Shown in pieces: positions 1 through 32,617 of a DNA stretch of 64,000 nucleotides (position 1 is its first letter; every line of letters begins with the position of its first letter). The position numbers were made by a program, and so were the translations under genes. The notes below the pieces were generated by a model that saw only the letters and a list, made by a program, of their open reading frames with translations, was not told where the DNA came from and made no database searches. Origin of the DNA: the human T2T-CHM13v2.0 reference genome, Homo sapiens; the NCBI RefSeq assembly GCF_009914755.1, contig NC_060933.1; one strand, 5' to 3'.

Positions 1-1389
1 CCCAGCCAAGTTTGATTTTTCTTGGCTGGTCCTATAGAGTTACTTGATGTGCTTAAAATTCAGATAGCTACCATTTTGATAGATGAATCTTGTTTCCTGT
101 TTCCTTATGGGTATGCGGACTATACTAATAGCCTCTCCTCACACACAGATAAAGAAGAGAAGGTGGTTGGGGGTGGTACCACCTGGGCTTGGCCAGAACC
201 CCTCTGGGCCAACAACTTGGTTGAATTACGATAGTCTTCCATATTCTTCAGTCTTGCAGGTCCACAAATGGATTTTTAAAAATCTTGTTCAGTCTGTCTG
301 TGATGGATTCATATTACTTGAGTTGATATGAGACTGATGTCTAAGCAATGATGCCAGTGTGCACTTGAACCTGTTCCTTTTCTAGTGTCCAGACTGTTTT
401 CCCTATCCAGGGTGTGCCCTTCCTGGGTTAAGGTACCTGAGAAGTTGAGTCATTACTCAGAATGTCACCTGACATTAATTCAGTATAAACTAGATAAAAT
501 AATTCTGACCCAACACAAAAATTACCATTTTGGGCATAAAGTTACTGATATCACCCCAATTCACTGAGTCTATGAAATCTGACTTTTTTGTACTAATGAA
601 TTTTTTGTTGTTGATAGAGCCTTTCTGTAGATGTGTAACTTATTAAGCCAGTCAAATATTTGTTCCATTTTGCCTCATCTCATTATGTATTGACTTAATC
701 AACATCTACTCATATAATCAATATATGAGTTCTAGGAGTGGGATGCCAACATCCTGCAGGCATATGATTCCACGTTTAATTATACTTTTTCTATGAAAAT
801 CAGCTATTAAAATAGTATATGTTAGATATTTTAACATTTAAAAAGTATACACTATGGGAAATGTGTGTGGAATGTGGTTTAAAGAGAGACCCCTTCCTGC
901 CTGTCCTGTTATCTTTCATATGCATCAGATTCTCCCTCCTATCATCACTGCTAGGCTGTGGCTGTATAACTGTTATGCACTACCCCGAGATAAGTCAGGA
1001 GACCTCAGACTCAAGAGAGAATGTGTTTGGAGTTTCTTCTTATCTAACTAAGATAAGTTACAGTCCCAAAGGTATAGAGATGCACTGGTCATGCCCTATT
1101 GACTCTCATATAGAAGGAGCCATTTCTCCCCCCAGGGACTTGGCTTTTTCCTTGTCAGTGTGAGATTTCCCAGATTGGGACAGAGCTGCAAAGAGATAGA
1201 ACAGGGACTTTCTATCTCATTTTTTCCGTTACACTGTTTGTTGTTCTTCCCATGGGCAGGGATGTGTCTCCAACCCAATGCCTCCCGACTCTTTCTACTC
1301 ATCCAGGGGTGGTTCTGTTTCTGTTATAGTTTAGGGGACTCAGACACAGGTTCTCTTTTTCTTCCCCTTTATTTGTTTCTCACCCTCAG

Positions 1390-21177
<19,788 letters not shown>

Positions 21178-22485
21178 ACACCTTCGACTCCTGTGCCAAT
21201 CAGGCAGCAGCAATTTCACAAATCAGGGCCAGTGGGAGTTAGCTGTGTAACCGGCTTAGGGTCTTTGCAGTCAAGAGGCTGACCCCTTCAGTTAAAGATA
21301 TTTAAGGAAAAATTTGGGGTGGTGATAATATGGCTTTTCACAGAAAGGGTCATGAAGCCCTGGCCCAACAGGACTGTGGTACTAGGGGCTGGGATGTGGG
21401 GTTACCACATGGAGAGATTTTCCATTAAGAGAGAAGGACAAACATTTCTGAGAGTGTCAGCCATTCTTGGTAGACACCTCTCCACTCCTCATCCCACCTC
21501 TACCCATCTCCATGCCACACCTTATCCAGTTAGACACATACATACCAATCATTAGAAGAACAAGTTTAGAAGGTGTGGAACTTGTGCCTGGCTGGCTGGG
21601 TAGTCAGCTGAGCCTGTTGCTGAGCCCGGTGGTCTGGATTGGAGTATGGCCAGGGCAGGAGTACACAGAATAGAATTTAGACTGTCCCTTGAGTAGAATC
21701 CACTGATTTTCTGTGGCTCCAGTGAGAACAAGGCTTTGAAACTGAACAAGATAACTTCTAGAAATGAACTGTACTAATCCCTTTCCCCAGATTGTATCAT
21801 GAGTAGAATCAGGTTCACGTGGTGCTTCAAAGCCCTGAGAAGAATATTTCTTTGGACCCCAGGCACTAGGGGCCACCTGCCTGGGAGTCTCCCTGCCTCA
21901 CTCCTCTAGGCAGGGGAGTGATGCTTCAGGACGTGACAGGCTGTTCTAACATGTGTCTACCTGAGGGCTAGTTGAAGGATCCAGGAGTATTTTCTTCTTG
22001 GGTGGGCCCTGAACAAAGCCAAAAATTGTAGAAACCAGTCTAGAAAAAGTCCTGCTCATCTGTGGCCACTGCCTTCTAGCCGTCCTCCACCTTGCAGAAA
22101 GAATCTAGCCTTTGGTCTCTCTCTCTCTCATCGGGGTCATTTGCTATTCCCCTCTGATATTCAACCCTATAGAAGGAGCCTGGACTCTGATCCCTCTGTA
22201 CAGGCTGGATGGAAGGGGCCCTCCACACTTCCTGGGAGGTCAGAGACAAACTGTTTCAGAGAGTCAGATGGACTTCCCAAGACTTGTTGAGAGATGTGAC
22301 ATGGTTCTTGGATTTCCTCTGTAGCAGCCTCCTGGACTTCCTGAGGACTCGACATTGTCCACAGATGTACTGGCCATTACATGAAACAAGAAACCAAGCA
22401 TCTTTGCTGTTGTTAATTATTATATGTGCCATTGTTACAGGAGATTATAGGCTAGTCTGTAATAAATTATCTTATAGCAGCCTTT
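21178..22485 (+). other. UNC13B: UNC13B 3'UTR (end approximate)
   Basis: Repeat-free sequence from the stop codon to AATAAA. Confidence 0.8.
22461..22466 (+). terminator. Polyadenylation signal AATAAA of UNC13B
   Basis: AATAAA immediately preceded by TGT, with a G/T-rich tract (ctttggggtttggt) downstream. Confidence 0.8.
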
Positions 22486-23449
22486 GGGGTTTGGTAATTC
22501 TGCTAATGTGTGGAAAGCCATGGAAATGACTGTCCTTTATAATGGTAGATTTTGGCCTAATGGTCCTTTGCTGCTTCACACTCCTCCACCCCCATACCTG
22601 ACAGCCAGTGGGTGAAGCCTAAAGTGGTTCTGGATAAACACCACTGGGCTAACATCCTGTCCTAGACCTGAGACCACCAATCTAATTAACAGAGTCATGG
22701 GACCTACGGCACCAGCTTCCTACAAAAGGTCCAAAAGAGTAGCAGGAGAGGTATTCTGGTGAAAACTAGTCCATGCTTCTCTTCCCTTTGTCTAGAATCA
22801 CTAGGACAGATCACAGCCTGGGTTGTGAGGACAAGGCAGGGGCCCACTGGGGAGAGGTGTGCCTGCCCGTCTTGGCAGAGGACTGAGGCTGCCACAGACA
22901 GGACAGAAGATTAGGCTTAGGACTGTACCTTGGACTTTCATTCAGGCTCTATTCGAGGAAGAAGAGCTGCAGTAGAAAGCCCACTCCCAAAGGGGAAGAA
23001 ATAAGGTAAAAGGCCTCATGGCGTGGAAATGGGAAAAGCTGAAACAAGAAAGAGAGTGCTCACCTACTCTCAACCTGCACTAACACTACTTGTGGGGCAG
23101 GGACTAATGGGGCACCAGACAGGGAACTAGCTCCGTTTCCACTGCTTGCTAAATAAATCCTTAGAGTTCAGTTGCTCATTTAAAAACTTCCTCCTCCCCG
23201 CTCCTCTCCCAAGCCAGCCACTTAACATTTCTGCCTCAAAATTACCTCTTGAATCCATTGGGTCGCCTCAAGTTCCCACCACCACAAGAGTCGTGGCAGC
23301 TTTTAGGTCCTCATGCCTGAGTTACTGTGATAATCCCCTGCTTCCGTTCTTACCCTGCTCTCTTCACGCACTCCAATATAAAGTCCTTCTCCTATTAAAC
23401 TATTCAGTGGTCACCCATAGCCTCCAGGCTGAAACTCCAAGACCCTCCA

Positions 23450-24020
23450 AGATAGCGCAGCCGGCACCGCCCCCCTTGCCCCTATCCTGCAGCTGTTCTA
23501 AAGTACTGCCCCGGCAGGTCCCCGACAAGCACTGTGTGCTCCTACCCCTCCGTGCCTGCACATGCTGCTCCCCTTGCTGGAAAATCTGCCAGCCTTTTCC
23601 ACTGCTTTCTAGGCTCTGCTATCTGGACGCCTCCCCACAGCACTCTACATTGTTATAATTTACTTGTCTCTTTCCCCTCATCAGCCTGTGATCTACCCAA
23701 AGGCAGGATCTGAGTGTTGTATCTCCATTTCCCCAGCGGCCAGCATAGTTCGGGTACTTCAAAGCCAGATCGGCCCCTAGGGGCCCTCTCCATGGAGAAA
23801 CGGTGGGTCTGGCACCTGAGGGTAGGGGTGTGGCCAGAGGCGGGCTCATGGGAGATGGGCGTGGTTTGTGGGCGGGGCTCTGCTCTACGCCGGAACCTGG
23901 GTCTCTAGGGCGTCTGCGCAGGAAGGTGCGTTGAGATGGCAGTTGCCGGAGTTGGAGGCCGGGCGGCGACGGTGAGCAAGAGGCTCCCAAAGTGGGTGCC
24001 CGAGTAGAAGTTATCGCCTT
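23450..24020 (+). promoter_or_regulatory. CpG-rich promoter of ATP8B5P
   Basis: Local CpG enrichment, GC boxes (GGGCGTGG, GGGCGGGG ~23857-23878), CCGGAA ETS-like site, TGCGCA, then a donor ACG|gtgagc at 23971. Confidence 0.7.
23900..23971 (+). pseudogene. ATP8B5P: ATP8B5P probable first exon (start approximate)
   Basis: Inside the CpG-rich region; donor ACG|gtgagc. Confidence 0.55.
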
Positions 24021-26070
24021 CTCCCTCCCAATATTCCTTGAAGAGAGACTGTCCCCTCTCAGTATTTCCAGTAGCTGTCTATCCTTATACTTTCTTGAGA
24101 CAACTCCCCATATTCGAGTATACTGGTTTTCCAGACACTCCCACAGAGGACATATTTGTCGAGATTATCTAAGGAAGGGGAGCTTTATCCCCCATGTAAC
24201 TCCTAAAGGGCACACATTTTTCCAGTTATTTCATGAAGAGATACCCCCAAAGCTCCAGCAATTGCACATTCTTGTTAACTCAGGGAGTTTTCCACTTTTC
24301 CAGCACTGTGCAGATTCTCGAAGAAGTCATAATCCTTGTCCCATACTTGATCTGAAGTGGCACGTTTGCTATCATTCCCTCCCACTCTTTGGCATAGGAT
24401 ACCTACTCTAGAGGGAAGAATCAAACTCTGGCTGGCTACCCATGGCTTCAGCAAGCTTTCAGATTTGAATTAGCCGCTAATTTCTGTAGGCTATATCTAA
24501 TCAGAATTAGAACAGAAGTACCTTTAACAATGGACTTTTAAGAAAGAAAAATCACATCTTTCAGCGTAAGTTGTCGCTGTCGTATTCATTGTGAATATTC
24601 GGACTAACTCCCTGAATGATCCTCCCAAGCCCAGAAGCAGACAGGCAAAGTTGAAGAAGCAACAAATAGTGGAGATGGTATTGAAGTAGGAGTCAGAAGA
24701 TTGGGCCCAGTTCTGCTACATTCTAGTCAGGAGATGACCTTTAACTTCTCAGAGCCTCAATAACTTGAATCTGTTATCTAGGACTAATAACTCCTGCCAT
24801 GTCTACCTCAGAGGGATCAAATGGGCTCATATATATGAAAGCACTTTGAAAACTATACATTTTCTCTAAGTGTATAGGGGATTATTATAAATGATCCTCT
24901 GAGTTCTAATTAACTTCCAAGGAATTTGTCTTGCTTGGTACTAGGTTCAAATGCAACAGATATTTTTTGAGCGCTTACTATGTGCCAGGTATTCATCTAG
25001 ACATGAGGCCTAGCATTGAACCAAAAGAGACAAAAACCCCTTATAAATTTAAGAATGAGTCGTCAGCATATTAAGTGCCTACTCATTACCCAGTGCAGCG
25101 TCAAAGCATGGTGAAGTAGTAGGAAGAATCTGTATTCTAGATTTAACTCTGCCACTATATAGCTGTGTGAGAAAGATTTTTTCCCTGTGTGAGCCTGAAC
25201 TTCCTCATCTGTAAAATAAGGAAGTTAAGCAAGGTAACCTCTAGTTTTCTAGTCTTGACTCATCTGTACTTTAGGGGACCTGAAAGAAATTGATTAAAAT
25301 ACATATACTTTATTGGCCTTTTCTGAGTTGGGTTAAGAATGGAGAGAAAAATAGGAAGCAAAGAAGGATATGTCTGTATAGCAAATCGTGGGGTTTGATA
25401 AAGTATAATTTTTCCAAGTATTAAAAAATTTGACTTTTATATAAATACGAAATTAATAGGTCTCCAATATTTTATTTATTAATTAATGAGGGAACCAGTA
25501 AGATATTAAGATCAGTTCAAATGAAAAATTAAGAGCTAAATATTTATAGGCAATTTAATAAAGGAATGTTAAAATACGATTTCTGAATGATATACAAAAC
25601 TAATTAAGGTCCTAAAGTGCAATAAGTCATAAATTTTGGAGTCATCTTTTCCACCAGACATAAAACATTTTTATCACTACTAGATGAAAATCTATAAGTT
25701 AACCTCTGCCCTAACGAGTTATAAAATAGTCCAGTCAATAGAAAACTAATCAAAGATATAAACACAAAACTGTACTAAAAGATCATCCAATAATTTATTT
25801 CACCTGTTTCTAGGTTTCAGATGACTTTTCTGACAATTGTAGTCATCAACTTCAACTTAGTTGTCAGGAAATGAAATCTGTTTCCCAAGCTTTGAAACTA
25901 TAACTTTATGATGAAGATAAATAAAGTGAATTCCAAACTACCATATGTGTCTTAGAGATAGATCATTTTGGACTTCAGGGATCAAGTTCCAAGTTTCTTA
26001 AGAATGTGTTTGAATGACACAGTATCAGCATGAGAAATTCTCATATTCTGAATCTTTATTTCCTTTATAG

Positions 26071-26147
26071 AAATTCCATGGAATTATAGTTGGTCTACTC
26101 TGCAATGTCTCTATTTAAAAGCCCAAGTGAGGACAGACAAGATGAAC
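26071..26147 (+). pseudogene. ATP8B5P: ATP8B5P probable N-terminal exon (ATG 26105: MSLFKSPSEDRQDE)
   Basis: tcctttatag| acceptor; phase-1 donor C|gtaggt joins in frame to exon 50851. Confidence 0.6.
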
Positions 26148-26198
26148 GTAGGTAAACTCAGGAAAATGTATCTGAGTATGTCATTATTATTACCTCTG

Positions 26199-26200
<2 letters not shown>

Positions 26201-26232
<32 letters not shown>
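26201..26232. repeat. (GT)16 microsatellite
   Basis: Perfect GT run 54 nt downstream of the exon 26071-26147 donor. Confidence 0.95.
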
Positions 26233-26235
<3 letters not shown>

Positions 26236-26629
26236 CATGCACATATGGCAGATCAACCTGGCAATCAGATTGTTAACCTACCAAACAACTGATCAGGAAA
26301 GGAAATATATTTTTCAAAAGTAAATACTTTGTACTTAGAAGTACAAGCTCCACTGTTTTATCATCTGAAAATCCTAATTTGAGTACTCTCTTAACTTTTA
26401 TATTTGGAAATTCACCAGTAAAGCTTGTGTACCTTTCCTTCTCTCCCCATTCTTCATAACTGCCTCCTGCTAAAAAGAGGTGATCAGTGTGAAAAAAGGC
26501 TGCTGAGGCAGATAAGGTCCTCCTTTGCAGCCTTTTTGTGGACAGAACAAATGGATCTGTCTCTGTAGTAAGGGAGGATTTCCATACCATTTCTGTGCTT
26601 TCCTTTGGTGAATCAAGATTCTAAAGGGA

Positions 26630-26758
26630 GGCCGGGCGTGGTGGCTCACACCTGTAATCCCAGCACTGTGAGAGTCCAAGGCCGGCAGATCACTTGAGGC
26701 CAGGAGTTCAAGACTAGCTTGGCCAACATGGCAAAACCTGTCTCTACTAAAAATAAAA

Positions 26759-26797
<39 letters not shown>

Positions 26798-26961
26798 ATT
26801 AGCCAGGCATGGTGACACATGCCTATAGTCCCAGCTACTTGGGAGGTTGAGGGACAAGAATCGCGTGAGCCTGGGAGGTGGTGGTTGCAGTGAGCCAAGA
26901 TTGTGCTATTGCAGTCCAACCTGGGTGACAGAGGGAAACTCTATCTTAAAAAAAAAAAAAA
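26630..26961 (+). mobile_element. Alu (older J/S-type) with (TAAA)n-expanded linker
   Basis: TSD at(t/c)ctaaagggag; (AAAT)n at ~26752-26798. Confidence 0.9.
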
Positions 26962-27135
26962 TCCTAAAGGGAGCAGGAATAATCACACTCCAGCCATCTT
27001 TCAGAATGGAACTGCCTGTTATGTAAGAACAACAACAACAAATTATTTCTAATGTGAAATTTTGAAAAAGGAAGATTTAGATTTAGGCTTCCTTTTGAGG
27101 AATGGAGAAAGTGCAGAATGAAATCAGTTCACTGA

Positions 27136-27443
<308 letters not shown>

Positions 27444-27949
27444 GTATACTTTCTTTACTTGCTGTCATTGGGCAGTTGTCCGATTTCATCCTGGAGGAAG
27501 CCCATGTCAAGGACACTGGCCCTGGTTCCAGAAGTAGAAAGTCAGGAAACTTCCATCCAAAGGAAAACCAGGGAGTCCTCTGCTACCCTCAGGAGAGCTA
27601 AAGGGCTAAAGGACCCAGAAGATAATCAACTGCTCTGCATATTCTTATGAACAGAAAATATGGAGAGCCAGAATACTTTAGGGTGTGGTAAGTTCCAGGC
27701 AAATGAAAAATGTAATAATCATCAATAAAGACTGATCAATTCATTCGACAAATATTTATTGATTATTAAATAAGTGCGAGCCACTGTGCTAGGTATGGCA
27801 ATACAATGGCAACAAAACTAGACAGAATTTCTGCTCTTAGCGAGATTATGGTTTAGCGAGGGGAAACATTAATTAACAGCATATTTAATAGCACCAATAA
27901 ATATAAAATATCTGCCATAAATGCAGTGAAATAAATACCATATGGGAAG

Positions 27950-28185
27950 TATAGTAGTCAAGAGCATGAATTCTGGAGTCATACCGTCTAGGTTTGAATC
28001 CTAGCTCCACCACTTACCACGTTATCTTGGGCAAATCTCTTAATTTCTCTGCTACAGTTCCTCCTCTGTAAAATGGGGATAATAATAAAAGTGCTGCCAC
28101 ATAAGGTTGCTGTAAGGATTAAATTAGGTAATATTTATAAAGCATTTAGGACAGTATCTGCCACATGATAAACACTGGTAAATGT
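27950..28185 (+). mobile_element. MIR SINE
   Basis: agagcatgaattctggagtc...tttgaatcctagctccaccacttac...ctgtaaaatggggataata. Confidence 0.75.
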
Positions 28186-28595
28186 GTAAAAAATAATCAA
28201 AATAATCTATAAGAGCTTGACACTTTCAATCAGAAAGATAATTAAGAACTTCATCTATAAATGTGTGTTATTTCAAAAGCCAAACCTTTTACCAAGGAAA
28301 AAGAGTTGAAACCAGTTTTCCTGGTAAATCCCTACAGGTAGGCTAGGACTACCTATTGCAGGTAGATTTACTGCTTCTGCTATTTTGAGCAGTAAGCAAT
28401 TAATACTGGTTTACCCAAGATTTTGGCCTATTCCACTGAATTTACAAAACGACAGTGCTAAACCCAATCATTTGGCAGGTAACACTATTTTGAATATTCA
28501 GAATCTTCAGGCCTATTCTGGTTGGAAAATCTACAGTACATAAATACTGGCCAGTTCTAACATCTTGGTTGTCTACCCTCTCCTTTCTATTTTCT

Positions 28596-28908
28596 TTTCT
28601 TTTTCTTTCTTTCTTTTTTTTTTTTTTTTGACAGAGTCTTGCTCTGTTGCCCAGGCTGGAGTGCAGTGGCACGATCTCAGCTCACAGCAACCTCCACCTC
28701 CTGGTTCAAGTGATTCTCATGCCTCAGCCTCCCAAGAAGCTGGGATTACAGGCATGCACCACCATGCCCAGCTAATTTTCGTATTTTTAGTAGAGACGGG
28801 GTTTCGCCATATTGGCCAGGCCGGTCTTGAACTCCTGACCTCAAATGGTCCACTCGCCTTGGCCTCCCAAAGTTCTGGGATTACAAGCGTGAGCCACCAT
28901 GCCGGGCC
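28596..28908 (-). mobile_element. Alu (AluS-type)
   Basis: TSD tctcctttctattttct. Confidence 0.92.
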
Positions 28909-29395
28909 TCTCCTTTCTATTTTCTACCACTTCTTAGTTCAGCCTTTCATCATTTTAAGTGTTGACTATTATAGCCGTCTTTTAAGTGGTCTTTCTGTCT
29001 GCACTCCGTTCCCCTGTAAATCTATCATATTAATGTTTCTGAACTTCCAGTTTATCACATTTTCCCCTACTCAAAATCTTTGTAGGATTCTCTGAGATAA
29101 AGTTTAATATCATTATCCTAATATTAAAGTCCTGACTTGAAGTTCTTGTTTTCTGCCTCCTTCAGATTTTCGTACTTACTGTACTATCATACAACTTGTC
29201 TAGTCTCAATGCCAACCCTTTCATTAAGTCCTTTTTCCTGCCTACAGAACTGTCCCCTGCATCTCTACCTAATTAACCTGTGTTCGTCTCTTGAGTTTAG
29301 TGCAAGTCCTTCTCCATGAAGCTCTTTCCAACAATTCTGCCCTGCCCCCCTTTATCTCTCCTTCTTGAATTCCTGTAGTGCTTGGGTTCTACAGT

Positions 29396-29723
29396 GTTTG
29401 TTTGTTTGAGACAGAGTTTCACTCTGTTGCCCAGGCTGGAGTGAAGTGGTGTGACCTTGGCTCATTGCAACTTGAGGCTCATTGGTTGAGCCTCCTGGGC
29501 TCAAGTGATCCTCCCACCTCAGCCTCCCAACTAGCTGGGGCTAAAGGCACATGCCACCACACCCAGCTAATTTTTGTACTTTTTTATAGAGATGGGATCT
29601 CACTATGTTGCCCAGGCTGGTCTCAAACTTCTGGGCTCAAGTGATCCACCCACTTGAGTGGGAGGCCACTCAAGTGGCCTCCCAAAGTGCTGGGATTACA
29701 GGTGTGAGCCACCATGCCTGGCC
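29396..29723 (-). mobile_element. Alu (AluJ-type)
   Basis: ctcctgggctcaagtgatcctcccacc; diverged. Confidence 0.88.
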
Positions 29724-29729
29724 CAGTTT

Positions 29730-30225
29730 TTTAAAATAATAGCCTTATTGAGATACAATTAACATGTCACAAAATACACCCTTTTAAAGCATGTAATTCA
29801 GTGATTTTTAATATATTCAGAGTTTTGAAACCATGACCATAACTTAATTGTAGAACATTGTCATCATCCCAGAAAGAAACCCTATACCCGTTAGCATTCA
29901 CTCTCAGTTCTTTCCTCTGCTCTCCTATACCCTGGCAACCACTAATGGATTTTTCTGGACTTGACATATAAATAGAATCATATAAAATGTGGCCTTTTGT
30001 TACTAGCTTCCTTCACTTATGTTTTCAAGGCCCATCCTTATTGTAGTATGTATCCTTTTTATGGCGGAATACTATTCCAGTGTTTGGATATACCACAATT
30101 TGCTTATCTCTTCATCAGGTGATAGACATTTGAATTGTTTCCATTTTTTTGGGTATTATGAGTAATGTTGCGGTAAACATGTGTAAAAGTTTTTGTGTGG
30201 ACATACAATTTTAATTATCTTGGGT
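29730..30225 (-). mobile_element. Old L1M 3' end fragment
   Basis: ccctggcaaccactaat...tagacatttgaattgtttcca. Confidence 0.7.
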
Positions 30226-31147
30226 CTCTACAATTCATTTAACATCTTATGTACACCCTGCCTTGACATGCTTTGCTGTTTTACATCTATGTTGTGTGAT
30301 TCCATTAGATTGTCTGCCTAGCATAGTGCCTTCAGAGTTCTCTCTGTCCTAGAGAGTTTGCAAGACTGTCCCATTATTATATTTCTCCTTTCCCTTTCCT
30401 TTACGTTCCACACACTTCTGTAAATACCATCTTCATCACCACCACCACCACCACAAGACAACAATAAAAATTATCAACAGTTATCAAAAGGTAGCTTAAT
30501 AATACTAGGTAGTAATTCAAAAGGTTGGAGTAAATCTATACATATTGACAAGGGAAGATGACCAATACATAGTGTAAAAAGAAAAAGGTAACTTGCAGAG
30601 CAATACATGTAGTAGGATCTCATTAAAAATATATATATAGAGAGATGTGTATATATACATAAATATTTGTGTATAAATTCCTTGAAATGGAAGGGACCTA
30701 AAGGATATACACCAATCTATTTATAGTGGTTTCCTTAGGAAAAGAAGGAGTGGAAGGCACAGGAAAGGAAACTTTAAATTTTTTCTGTATATATTTTTGT
30801 TTTTGAATCTTTTACAGTGGAAATGTATTTTTATATTACTTTGGGTAATTCTTAAAATTAATAAAAAGAAAAAAGTGTAATCACAAATGGAAAATAACTA
30901 AGTTGGAGAAACTAAAAAGAAAGGACAGAAAAGGAAAAAAAGAAAAAGGACTCTAGGAAGGAAGAGGGCATAGATATTGTGGCATGTAGACAGGAAAGTT
31001 AATCAGAGTCTTAGTAACAGAATACTCTACAAAAGAGCATTAAATAAACACAAAAGTAGACATTTAGGTTGCACAACTCTGTGAACATACTAAAAACCAC
31101 TAATTTTTATACTTTCAATAGGTGAATTGTATGGTTTATAAATTTTA

Positions 31148-31533
<386 letters not shown>

Positions 31534-32493
31534 AAACAGAAGGGGTTAAGGTTTGAATCCTTTAGATTTAAATTGCTTTTTTAGCATCACCAAGGCATTT
31601 TGTTTCTAACTGACGGCTTTTCATATAACTCCCAAACCCTCGTCTGCTATCCCAGGGAAGGTTTTATGATGGAGAAGCACTGAAAGTAATGTCTAGCAGT
31701 TCAGTCATACAAGCCTGATTTTACCTTTACTGCATTGATGAGAAATCATTGGTCCCAGATTCCAAATGTGGTCAGAGTACGAAAGCACAACTCCCAATTT
31801 CCATCCGCCTGGATGTTCCTGTCAGCTTCTGCCCTACAGAAAGGGAGAAGCCAAAGGTCTGTAAAGGGAGTAGGGAATAGGGCCTTTGGTTTTTGAGCAT
31901 GTCCTAAATTGTGCCAGCCAAACCAACCTTCTATGGACCCTTGTTAATAAATTGGACAGCTTTTATGATTATTTTGATTTTCTTTAGGCTCCTTTGAACA
32001 ATTTTAGACTTGTTTTTGCTTAACTCAGACAGAAAAATTAATGAAGCTTTAGGGGATGGTCAGACTTAGAGGTGCAGGAGATCAGTAGTAGCTCAGGAGC
32101 TGGACTTTTCATGACATTCCAGACTTTAGTGAGCTTCTTCTCAAAGCTCTTCTTAACACTGCATTCTACACACCCTCTACAGCCATGCTGAATATCCTCT
32201 GGTTTGCTGACTTTTGCATAGAAGTGTCAACAAACCATTAGCCTTAGCTGAGGCTCCTCTTTGAGTCCAGCTGTTCTGTGATTATATAGATCTTCCCATA
32301 AGGAGGAGGCGATTGTCCTCTACTGGAGGAGTTTGGACAGCAATCTGACCCCAATTGAGCAGAACATGTTTCTAAGCATTTTTCACTTGTGTACTTGTTC
32401 ATTCAACAAATCTTTATTATATCCAGAGCCTAATGCTGAGCCAAGCGGTAGGCTACAGAGATTTAAAGAAAAGAAAAAACATGGTCTCTACCT

Positions 32494-32617
32494 TTTTTAA
32501 ATAAATTGACATGAAATTGTACGTATTTATTGTGTACAATATGATGTTTTGAAATATATACATACCTTCTAGAATGGTTATATCAAGCTAATTAACATAT
32601 GCAGTACCTCACATAGT
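32494..32617 (-). mobile_element. L1MA 3'-end fragment (left copy)
   Basis: tcaagctaattaacatatgcagtacctcacatagt. Confidence 0.75.

Noticed and set aside
23146-24411. ORFs 23146-23658 (170 aa), 23619-23990 and 23992-24411
   Set aside because: Non-ATG starts or low-complexity Pro/Leu/Ser-rich products typical of a GC-rich promoter; no recognisable domain
25380-25760. AT-rich segment that may be an ancient repeat
   Set aside because: I could not assign a family with confidence without a Dfam search
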